This document shows, in pieces, positions 38,762 to 50,430 of a stretch of DNA of 64,000 bases. Both the position numbers and the translations under genes were made by a program. Origin of the DNA: Haliotis rubra (lineage: Eukaryota); NCBI RefSeq assembly GCF_003918875.1, contig NW_025767046.1, positions 3,410,001 through 3,474,000 on the forward strand, in the 5' to 3' direction. Each line of letters begins with the position of its first letter. The first letter of the stretch is position 1. A model generated the notes under the pieces. The model saw only the letters and a program-made list of their open reading frames with translations. It searched no databases and was not told the DNA's origin.

Positions 38762-39543
38762 TACTTTTGATCGCTGTCAGTTCTCGCGAGAATAGACAAG
38801 GAGGAATACTCCACATGTAAATTCCTTTCAGAATTAGATTATCAGAGCCTGTATGTGAAATATCACATGAATGCTAGATGTTAGCGTTTACCTAATCGGT
38901 AGGAATAATGGTTACTAAACAATGCAGGGCTCGCTGACAACGACCCTTCCTAGTATTCTACTTTCGCTTTTGCTTTATCAGTTTCCAAGAAGTCTATAGC
39001 GTCTCCTTTGTTGCGCAACAATATACTCGGCCTATACATACTTGGGCGTACGTACCGTATATCCTCTAATATGATCATGTTCTCTGATAGCTTCTGTAAT
39101 TAAAACGCCTTACCAAATAATATATGATCGAGTTCGAATTAGATCCATATTTTCAACAATGGGCATGTAGGTGGCATTTGCAATATGAATAAAAATGTAT
39201 GTTTTCTCTCTTTGTTTTTTTATTTCAAGCTTCAGACTTACACTTAGTCCATTAAAGGGGCGGTGGGGTAGCCTAATGGTTAAAGCGTTCGCTCGTCACG
39301 CCGAATATCCGGGTTCGATTGCACATATGGGTACAAAGTGTGAAACCCATTCCTGGTGTTCCCCGTCGTGATATTGCTGGAATGTTGCTAAAAGCGGCGC
39401 AAAACTAATTCACCCCCTCACACTTTGTTTCGTATGATTTAGACTTTGGATATAAAAATGAGTATTGCTTCCACCTTGCTTGCTATTCGAGTGGTTTGAG
39501 AAATGCAAGTTCAGCTGGACATAATGAGAAAGTTATCGAAAAT

Positions 39544-39662
39544 ATACTCATGCCAATAATGGTTGTCACCCCCTTCAATTTTTTTAATTGGAGAGAGGGT
39601 GTGTGTGGGTGGGGGTGTGGTTGGGGGGAAAGAGGAGTGACAACCATTATTGGCATGAGTAT
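39544..39662. mobile_element. Small MITE with ~25-bp TIR
   Basis: atactcatgccaataatggttgtcac / gtgacaaccattattggcatgagtat; TA flanks. Confidence 0.65.
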
Positions 39663-40846
39663 ATATAAAGATTTTTTTCTTTGAAATAATTCTTCTTTGC
39701 TGGTACTCCAAGAAACTATTTAGAGCGAGTGTGGTCAATCAGCATTATACTTAGCTTTATCACTGTGAAAAACCAGTGGTTGATAGTGAGAGCAATGCTA
39801 CACAGCAGACACGTGATGGCATGAGGATAATACACAAACAGCTGAGGGGTTGTCTTCAAGTACAAGTATACAAGTACTTCAATAAATCCGTCATAAGGGA
39901 CAGTCATTGTGGCCATCCAATCTACATTTGTTCAATTTGGATATGGATAAGATACAGATAGTAATCTCTGTCGAATACTGTATGATGGCATTACACTTAA
40001 AGCAGAGTTTCATTTTCCCGTTGACCCACAGGTTTTGCTCCAACTGGAGAGTTGCGTCTCTTAGCCGTTAGCGGATCCGCTGATTTTGATCCTTGGTTTG
40101 TACAGCTTACTTCACTCACTTAATAATGACACATTATAAAATGTTAGCAACAGTTTTTTCACGCGACCCATAGAGAGCTCTATGTGCTTTTGCATTCGCC
40201 ATTCTAAGTCCATGTATTCCTTCAATACATGTGAATAGTCCGCTCTGTTGTATACTAAACATTGGACGAATTACGCATGTTTATTGACATTTATTCACGA
40301 CAATACCGTAGTATACAATAACGTAGGGTTTTGGCATGAAGCCATGATTGCTCAATCGGATTAGTCGAGGACCAAAGCCGATTGCAGGTTACGGAAAGGG
40401 GCGAGTGATGACGAATGGCGCTCGGACTGATTCGCTTGGTTGAAGTGTTTGTACAGAGACATGTACGAATTTTTCATGACATGCATACAACATACATGTC
40501 ATTCACATAGTTATACAACACGCCGTCAACATATAAGAATGGTATCACATTCCTGTTATCACAACACCGGTTGTCACTGTACACGGGTCCACAGCAGGCG
40601 TAAAGGGGCGTAACGAGTTCAATACGCCTACAGACTGTAGTTCGTTTCAGCACGAATTCAACATTCAGGCCTCTTTACTGAATAAAAATTGTCTGCCGGT
40701 CCGAATTCAACAATGTTCACTGTGTATATCCATATGAAACTATACACGAATGTCAATCCAATATATTTCACTACAAAATGAGACGTAGGTCACTAAAATC
40801 GAAGCGGTACTTTGGGAGGTAAGGTCTTCGGAAGCTACAATAAATC

Positions 40847-40969
40847 CATCCTCGATAGTCTCCAGGGTATACGTTACGATCACTCTCCACTATGGAGAGT
40901 GATCGTAACGTATACCCTGGATACTATGGAGAGTGATCGTAACGTATACCCTGGAGATTATCGATGATG
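40847..40969. repeat. Hairpin with one arm tandemly duplicated
   Basis: tccagggtatacgttacgatcactctcca followed by two copies of its reverse complement tggagagtgatcgtaacgtataccctgga. Confidence 0.8.
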
Positions 40970-41624
40970 CAATAAATCGTGATTTTTAGATTTCGAGCTA
41001 AAATCCCTGCTCAGAATTTGTACCGCTAACTTACAGAATGTCTTGTTTATTGCATCGTGTAGACGATCGAAACGCACCAAACAATACGATGATGAATCGA
41101 TGGCACCTGAAACTTGGTGTGTTTACCTCATTACACCCTTTCCTTTTATAGAGGTGACTAGCGGGATCAGGTCGTCAGTCTCGCTGACATGGTTGACTCA
41201 TGTCATCGTATCCCAACTGCGTACAGATCGATGTTCATGCTGTTGATCACTTGATGGTCTGGTTAAGACACGATTATTTACAGACCGTCGCCATATAGCT
41301 GGAATATTGCTGAGTGCGGCGTTAAACAACAAAACACCCACCCCCTTTTACATAGTGCTAAGACTCTGTCAGTGACATTATATACATTGATGCCAGTCTT
41401 TTGCGTTAGACTGCATGGGTGCACTAGTGAATCGTTATATTCCACACACATCCGAAACATTTCCCCCCAAATACGACCTGTACAATCCGTTTCACCAAAG
41501 TGTAAAACGTCTGCATTTCTCCTAAATCATTATAACATCTTGATATAACCGAAATACGTTTCAAAGCATCACCTTACTCACTCACTCACACACTACAACA
41601 CATTGAATGATATCAGAATACGAC

Positions 41625-42350
41625 AGACAGACAGACAGATGTTTATTCAGTATTTCAGGCCATATGACCTATAGTACAGTTGTGTTATATTTTTACATTG
41701 CACAGTCACGTGGAAATATAAATATACATACATATATTACCGTCTAATTTCAAAAATCTTTTTAAGGAATATTGAAACAGATAATATGTTATTGATATTT
41801 CTTGAGTTTAACAGGTTTTTTCATTTGTTGTTCATCGTTGTACACAGTTGAGATCATAGGGAGGTATCTGCTTCTAAGAAACTGGTAATGCTCACAAATG
41901 AAAAGAACATGAAACTCATCCTCGACATAGCCTTCATTACAAAAATGACATAAACTATTATTTTTATCATGTACATTTTTCTTTCTAAGATTTTTAACAT
42001 TAAAATTGTGGAGTGATATTCGTAATTTACAGAATGCTCTTCTTAAAGTTCTGTCCTGTAGTTCGGATACATATTTTTCAGGAATAAGTAACGATTTTAT
42101 ATTTGCATAATGACACAGAAATCTTGAGGATGCTATTTGAGAGTGCCAGTTTTGTGAAAATATGCCATTTAATCTCTGCTTAAGGATAAAGGTAAATGAG
42201 ATGGAACAAAGAGACCGGTGCGACCAGTTTCTCCTAAAACAGCTTTGTTAGAGGCATATTTACCAACACCTAAGAAATGTTTAAAATATTAAGCGTGGAC
42301 TTTTCAATGGAATCCTTATATTTAACTCCCCATATTTCGGAGCCATAGAG
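41625..42350 (-). mobile_element. 3' fragment of a non-LTR retrotransposon (L2/CR1/RTEX-like)
   Basis: Minus-strand relic peptides FLGVGKYASNKAVLGETGR, RRAFCKLRISLHN and LCHFCNEGYVEDEFHVLFICEHYQFLR (C-terminal Zn-knuckle), then AATAAA and (TCTG)n. Confidence 0.7.
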
Positions 42351-42489
42351 AAATACGTAAGATGATCATGACATCCAGCGATCTCCAAATTAATGCACAT
42401 ATGATATTGGTTGTCATGGTTATGGGTCGATGTGGTTCGTATTATTATTATCGAGGAAATGGAAACACACACAACGAGATAAATGAACT

Positions 42490-43050
42490 ATGCACATGGA
42501 ACTTAATTAAGTACCCCCTAACATATTTTAAGTTACTGACTTACCTAATGATACTTCTTGAATTGTAACGATGAACTGTATTCCCTTTCAATGCTGTGTA
42601 AGGGTTTTGCTAAATCAATCGTCAAAACACATCTCAGTATGCAGTTGAAGCATACTACCCACGATTGTCTAAAAAAGCACTATTAACTCAATGCAGCTAA
42701 TTGCGTAAAACGCCAAAACTTTTAAATGATTTTACCAGTATCTGTTACAAAGGCACGAAGGAGACAACCAGAAGCAAGAACATGGCAAATTATTGGAATG
42801 CACGACGCCGGGATGTCATGCAGTGCTATTGGGCGACAGTTTGACATTCACAACATCGTCAAAAGACGTTTTCGTGTCGTTTGTAAACTAAAATATTGCA
42901 AATTTTCATGATTTTGTTGTTATTGTTTTGTCCAAAATGTCAACTTTCTGGAAACAATGGCGTGTAAGCTCTCCGGTATACATACTAATGGTAATGGCTG
43001 CTCAGGCAATATGAAAAAATCAGGGGGTGCTTAATTAAGTTCCATGTGTA
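42490..43050 (+). mobile_element. Internally deleted Tc1 transposon (N-terminal HTH relic), same TIR family as 24150
   Basis: TIR cacatggaacttaattaagtacccc / gggggtgcttaattaagttccatgtg; WQIIGMHDAGMSCSAIGRQF is a Tc1-type HTH. Confidence 0.75.
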
Positions 43051-43535
43051 TATGTCATTCATCTTACGACAGGTATTTTCATAACGCAAATAGATCAACC
43101 TCCCTACAAAATTGCACCCTGCCGCTTTTGCGAAAATGCTTGACCGTCTTACGATTTGTTGTCCAACTGAATGTAATAACTTGTTTGGTGCTTTATGGTC
43201 GTTGTGTAACCTATACAGCTGTTGCTTATTGCTGTATGTTTCCCTGCTATCCACAAACAGTTCCATTCATAGTTTTATATTGAGTGAAAACCTGTCGAAC
43301 CTTATTCTGGATTTTTCAGTAAGCGACAGTACAATTATGATGTAAAACACATTAAATGTCTAATGTACCATTTAATGGCAAAAACAAAGAATGAAATATG
43401 TACATAACAAGGAAACACAACCTCATGTAAAATGGCAAACCAACGTAAATGGTGCGGACATCTCTTTCTTCTTTGCAAACTATTATCAGCATTCATAAAT
43501 TATCACACACACAAACAAACTTTTCCCATGAAATC

Positions 43536-45766
43536 TCAGTCCTTCCCTTTCTTTCCATCAACATTCTTCTCTTCGATCTCTGCTCCTTCATCATCAATCT
43601 CCGCTGTTCCTTTGTCCTCCCCATCCTTTCCTTCTCCGTCTTCCTCACCCTGCCTCTTCTCCAGTCTGTCCCTGACAGCAGTCAAGGCGTACCCCAGGAG
43701 GTTCTTCCCCCGCCATGTCTTGGTGTCCCAAGCTTTGGGGTTGCTCCTGCCAAGGCCAATACCCCACAAACGATCCCTGGGGCTACACTCAACCATCAGT
43801 TTGGGGCGTGTGGCCAGAAGCTGCTTCTTCAGGTCCTGGTTCTGTGAGAACTGGAGGAAACAAAACCTGGCCTTTAAATACCTTACGGCATTAATACTTG
43901 TTTCACACAGCAATCTCATCTTTACAGTGGGTGAGTGAATATGGTTTTACGCTGCTTTTAGCAATATTCCAAAGGGGTACACCAGAATAGGCTTCACACA
44001 TTGTATCCATGCGGGGAATCGAACCCGGGCCTTCTACGTGACGAGCAAACGCTTTAAACCTGCCCCTATTTATATAATTGCAACTGCACGACGCCCGTAT
44101 CCAGTAATAATAAGATCGGGCAAGTTATATTTTCTACACGTGCTCCATGTATAGTCAAGGTAAAATAGTCTCAAAGCAATCTGGGAATGCCTTTTATGGA
44201 TACTTGATCAAATATGTGCTCCAATGTCATACGGACATACTGTTCCTACCTGGAAGATTATCAAATCACAGAATTCTAGCATTATGGTTAGTGAAATTAT
44301 ACTTGCCCTACATCCATTCGTCATACATTCAGTTTATATTTGTCAATATGGGACCTTTGTCCCTATTGTGGCCTCACCTTGGCCGCGTTGGCACGTTCAA
44401 CAATCTGTACACAATTTCGTCCCCATACTGCCTTATCGAATTTCCGCACTTTCCGACCAAGGCGCTTCTGTTCCACGGGATTTGGGGTCGACATGATTTT
44501 CTTCTTATACACTTCGTCCTTAAACAACACTGAAAGTAGAAACATTATGGTACTTAAACAGACAGATAGGTTTTGCTGATGAATATTTTCCAAAACAGAT
44601 GCCAAATCAAAGGAAATGGTTATCGTTCGGCAGGCAACAACATGTCTGCTTCATCGCAGCGGGCCTAAGATAACTACATCCGGGGCAAGCGAACAAGTGA
44701 GTGACATGATGAACAACGCCCAAAGCCTTATGGGTAACCACGTCATAGCCTTACCACTCGATTCAGCTTGGAGCTGCATATCTATTCTAACCAAAGTGCA
44801 CGATGGGATACTTGTTCCTCATAATTGTATATGACCTATATAGCTTCCCCGCCGTGATATTGCTGGAATTGTATATGACCTATATAGCTTCTCTTCTAAT
44901 CAACGAGGGTAGCCTAGTGGTTTAAGCGTTCGCTCGTCACGTCGAAGGCCCGGGTTCGATTCCCCACATGGGTATAATGTGTGAAGTCCATTTAATGATT
45001 TATTGTGTCCCCCGCCATGATATTGCTGGAATATTGCTAAAAGCGGCGTAAAACCCAACTCACTCTAATCAACGCGTTATACATGCATATATATTATTAT
45101 TATTATTATCGTTGTTGGGCAAACTCGTCACCAAAGCTGCGTTAAGGGGATTTAGTATTGATCTGTCGTAGTCCTACTAACGAAGCTGTTCATTACATAA
45201 TGCAATCTATGCCAACATACCAGCATTTCTCTTATTTGTTGCTCAATTTATTTCCGGCAAGCCGTTGAACCGGCGTCATGCAAAGACACATCATCAGATA
45301 ATTATTATCATCATTACATGTTGTTATCATTCCACAAATTATGGACGTCACCCGGCCTCTATAAAAGATCCGGGTTCTGTTTTGGGGTACAGAGCGTACG
45401 ACCTGGGATTTATCACTGGCCTGAGTGGGAGATACGGCGCCTAATACTATTAATAGAGTTAATACGGTAAATCGACTCACCCGCCTTCTGGTACATCATG
45501 TACTGTTCAGCACAGTTGAATTTGACACCCTCTATCGTGAATGTGGCTAGGAAGTGTTGACTGAAGGGTGACTTATTGCCGTAGAAAAACTCAAAATTGT
45601 CTTTCCCAGTGATGTGTTTGTGCAGTTGTGAAAGACCGCTCTTGATTGTATTGGTTTTGTTGCCGCTTTCACGTTGTTTCTTCTCGGGGACTGGTGGTAC
45701 ATCGACGGTTTTCCGCTTGAGACTCGTCTTGGCTTCAGATATTTTGACTGATTTGGTGTCTGCCAT
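43536..45766 (-). CDS. NADAR/YbiA-family N-glycosidase paralog 3 (3 exons, ~250 aa)
   Basis: Exons 45766-45481 (286 nt, donor GTGAGT), 44529-44378 (152 nt) and 43850-43536. Motifs: FFYGNKSPFSQH, FNCAEQYMMYQKA, PVEQKRLGRKVRKFD, KFSQNQDL, ECSPRDRLWGIG, WRGKNLLGYAL. Short acidic tail. Confidence 0.92.
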
Positions 45767-46739
45767 GTTGATAACAGCCAGGAGCTATCGACTGCTTACC
45801 TTCGATCTGTCCGCACAGCGGCAAGTTTCTATTTCGGCAAACTTACGACACTTCCGCGTTCCAAAGGGAGGCAACTCTGATCGGAATAACTGATGTGTCC
45901 AGCCATGTTAGATCTCCATGCATGTGTATTAAAGTGGATATGAATGAAGATCGTAGTTAGAAGTGGGGTGGGGGTCTGATATAAGGTCTCCAATTTATAC
46001 AGAAATGAATATAAACAGTTTTAAAATATCTCACAAAACTTCAACAAAGTGTTTTTAGTGAAGGAGGAGAAGACGCACGAGCCCCAACACACATACATAC
46101 AATACACGCACATACTCCATCACATGCCTAGATGTGGGCAAGATTAGAAAATCGTATACCTAAACTGTACTTAATAATATACCTATACTTAAAGCTAACA
46201 TGGAAATGTTATATTCAAGGAATGAACATGCTGATATATTAAGCTTATATATTGAAAGGAACATGGGCTATTTTTCCTCCAGACGGCTATACGCACCTCT
46301 AAGTTTTACTGTCTGTCGTCAACTTTATGAAGAAATCAAATATCGTGATGGATATCTGGTCCAATGGTTTAATCCTATTTCCAGTAAACCCTCGATATAA
46401 TATGTATAAAGCCTTGAGAGTAATGAAGTTCTGTTGTTAAATTTGATTTGATCTATTTGACCATCATTCATTTCTGCAACAGTTCGTAAAACATATTTTA
46501 CGGATCAAAATATTGTGTAAATATTGTGTTTGTTCATAGTAAGAAATGAATTACCATGTTTGAAAGGTAGAATCTGTGGCATAAAATGCAATATTTTTCA
46601 AAGCTAACATGGCAAACACACCCAGTATTTGTGTGCAGAGAGCAGATGTGGATGGGTGATCCTGTGCATGGAGCTCAGGGCACAAGTCAGTTGAAGTTCA
46701 GCAACTTTGGGCGCGGAGAGTCTTCAGAATGGTGACCCG

Positions 46740-47040
46740 TCACCGTGTTCGGCAGCTTGACTCCTGAGCGTTTCTACTCCTGCCCCACAAGGAAGCACAT
46801 GTGATACATGTGGTCTCACCTTCGGCATGTAAGTTTGTTAAAAATTGCCCCTGTTCACCCAGCACTAAAAGGGTACCCGGTGGGACAATTCATGTGACTA
46901 TTAACCTCACAGGCAGCTTGGGTCATTCGGGGTAATAATAGTCAGCGCCGCTGAGCACAGTATTTTATCACTATGAGTATTCACTTTGTGAATGGAGTTT
47001 AGCGCATTATAATTGCATTTATTATTATCATTGTTATTTA
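46740..47040 (+). mobile_element. SINE family D fragment (Nin/Deu-domain-like); also 15410-15520(-) and 60760-60992(+)
   Basis: Core CCCTGTTCACCCAGCA...GGGTACC and 3' AGCGCATTATAA...(TTA)n tail shared among the copies. Confidence 0.55.
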
Positions 47041-48524
47041 TGCTAAAGATTGAAATCTTTCATATTTTACAAAATATAACAGTGTGGAAGTAATTTTGAG
47101 TGTGACTAGTGAGTGCGCTAGGACAATTCATATTTTTCATAAAATACCGCTAGATTTAGGTAATTTCATCTGCACTTGAGAAAAGTCTATTTGAAATGAC
47201 TTGATGTTACGTTACACAGAAAATCAGCAACAATGTGAAAGAAGTATACGTTTTATTTGCATTAAACATTTATTATGACACGTGACGACCAATCCCATGT
47301 GTGTCTGGCCCCTAATGATTTGTTTAACTTGCTACATTGATGAAATTCGGGATCGTTGCTACCAATTTTTAACTTCACAATCATCCTGAAAATTCTTTTA
47401 AAACTTCATTTGATCGTAGACCAACATAATCTTTTCGCATTGGCATCAGCCTCTGCCCCAGTACCATGGGAAGACATTGGGATTCTTGACATAATTACTA
47501 AATGTCATGTTGGTTTTATCCATCATTTGATACAGGTCAAGCAGTGAAATCACTGACCACATGAACAACAGGTGAGACCAGAAACCAATGTCCAGAAGAA
47601 GTTATTTTTTACAATATTTGACATTCATCATTTATATAATTTGCAGCATGAAATTACCACAAACTGAATACTGAGCCTCAGTGCTCTGAAGATCAACTGA
47701 AATATACTTCCCCTCAAACGTTTAGACTCACTGAAAACACTCACTATATGTATAAATATATGGTTACATCGAAGATGCAGATGAATTGCACGAGGATCAT
47801 GCATTACACTGCTGAAAAGCATGTGCAAATATCGTGCATGTGAACAGCTGCGTTTTGGTGTAAAGATTTGTTAAGAATTCGCCAATTTTCACTGATTTTT
47901 ATCATTTATTGAACTCATGACAATGATCTTTTCAACGTTACAAACTTGTTTTACAATACATCAGTTCATGTGTAAACAGTACCTTTAAACAGTATAGAAT
48001 GTTTTTGCAAAATTCAGTTTAGGACTGTTGCCTGACGTTAGTAAGTGGCTATATTTACACTAGTGAGTCTAAACTTTTGATGGTAAGTAAATAATGAAAT
48101 AATTCTTATCATGAATATAATGAGATTGAAATTCTGTGAGCAGTGTTCAAAGACACCATAGCTGGGAACTGTAATACCAGGTTTCAGTTTTCAGTTTAGT
48201 TGGTACCAGATTGGTACCCGGCCGTTGGAGAGATACCAGTTAACAATGGACAGTGTTCATGTGTCACCTCTCTTCCACTCATCTCACTGTCTTAGGGTTC
48301 ACTGAAAACAGTACCCACGACGAACATTATTCGAAGCTTCACGTACATAAGGTATCGTAAGTAGTGGTCGGAATTCCACGTAAACAAAGAATGTTAATTT
48401 ATATTTTCGAATCCAATCAAATTTGATTATAAAACCTGAAGGGTAAAAAAAATGTTTCAATACTTCGACCACGGAACCATTATTTTAGTAAAGAATATCT
48501 GTTCGTGAACTCCAGTGTGTATCA

Positions 48525-50430
48525 TTCCCTATTACATCTGGTTCACTCCCTCCACCATTCTATTACATCTGGTTCACTCCCTCCCCTATTCCATTACATC
48601 TGGTTCACCCCCTCCCATATTCCCCTATTCCATTACATCTGGTTCATTCCATCCCCTATTCTATTACATCTGGTTCACTCCCCCCCCTATTCTATTACAT
48701 CTGGTTCATTCCCTCCCCTATTCTATTACATCTGGTTCATTCCCTCCCCTATTCCATTACATCTGGTTCACTCCCTCCCTCATTCCATTACATCTGGTTC
48801 ACTTCCTCCCTATTCTATTACATCTGGTTCATTCCCTCCCCTATTCTATTACATCTGGTTCATTCCCTCCCTATTCCATTACATCTGGTTCACTCCCTCC
48901 CTCATTCCATTACATCTGGTTCACTCCCTCCCTCATTCTATTACATCTGGTTCACTCCCTTCCCTATTCTATTACATCTGGTTCACTCCCTCCCCTATCC
49001 CATTACATCTGGTTCACTCCCTACCCTATTACATCTGCTTCAGTCCCTACCCTATTCCATTACATCTGGTTCAGTCCCTACCCTATTCCATTACATCTGG
49101 TTCATTCCCTCTCCTATTCTATTACATCTGGTTCACTCCCTCCCCTATCCCATTACATCTGGTTCACTCCCTACCCTATTACATCTGCTTCAGTCCCTAC
49201 CCTATTCCATTACATCTGGTTCACTCCCTCCCCTATTCCATTACATCTGGTTCATTCCCTCTCCTATTCTATTACATCTGGTTCACTCCCTCCCCTATCC
49301 CATTACATCTGGTTCACTCCCTACCCTATTACATCTGCTTCAGTCCCTACCCTATTCCATTACATCTGGTTCACTCCCTCCCCAATTCCATTACATCTGG
49401 TTCATTCCCTCCCCTATTCCATTACATCTGGTTCACTCCCTCCCTCATTCCATTACATCTGGTTCACTCCCTCCCTCATTCTATTACATCTGGTTCACTC
49501 CCTCCCCAATTCTATTACATCTGGTTCACTCCCTCCCCTATCCCATTACATCTGGTTCACTCCCTACCCTATTACATCTGCTTCAGTCCCTACCCTATTC
49601 CATTACATCTGGTTCACTCCCTCCCTCATTCTATTACATCTGGTTCACTCCCTCCCCAATTCTATTACATCTGGTTCACTCCCTCCCCTATCCCATTACA
49701 TCTGGTTCACTCCCTACCCTATTACATCTGCTTCAGTCCCTACCCTATTCCATTACATCTGGTTCACTCCCTCCCCTATTCCATTACATCTGGTTCATTC
49801 CCTCTCCTATTCTATTACATCTGGTTCACTCCCTCCCTATTCTATTACATCTGGTTCATTCCCTCCCCTATTCCATTACATCTGGTTCACTCCCTCCCCT
49901 ATTCAATTACATCTGGTTCACTCCCTCCCTCATTCCATTACATCTGGTTCACTCCCTCCCTCATTCTATTACATCTGGTTCACTCCCTCCCCAATTCTAT
50001 TACATCTGGTTCATTCCCTCCCCTATTCCATTACATCTGGTTCACTCCCTCCCTCATTCCATTACATCTGGTTCACTCCCTCCCTCATTCTATTACATCT
50101 GGTTCACTCCCTCCCCAATTCTATTACATCTGGTTCACTCCCTCCCCTATCCCATTACATCTGGTTCACTCCCTACCCTATTACATCTGCTTCAGTCCCT
50201 ACCCTATTCCATTACATCTGGTTCAGTCCCTACCCTATTCCATTACATCTGGTTCACTCTCTCCCTATTCCATTACTTTCGTATATCCCCCCTCCCCCTA
50301 TTCCATTACATCCGGTTATTAAACCTCCACCGCCCCTCCCCTATTCCACTAAATCAGGTTCCTTTCCTCCCACTATTCTATTACATCCGGTTCCTTTCTA
50401 TTCTATTTCATCTGGTTCCTTTCCTCCTCC
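48525..50430. repeat. ~30-bp minisatellite (CCCTATTCCATTACATCTGGTTCACTCCCT)n with higher-order variants
   Basis: About 60 units directly visible; the degenerate terminal unit overlaps the NADAR4 stop codon. Confidence 0.95.

Noticed and set aside
45232-45480. ORF resembling a signal peptide (MSRFTVLTLLIVLGAVSPTQA)
   Set aside because: Its start is the GTG of the NADAR3 intron 1 donor, not an ATG; intronic with no other support.
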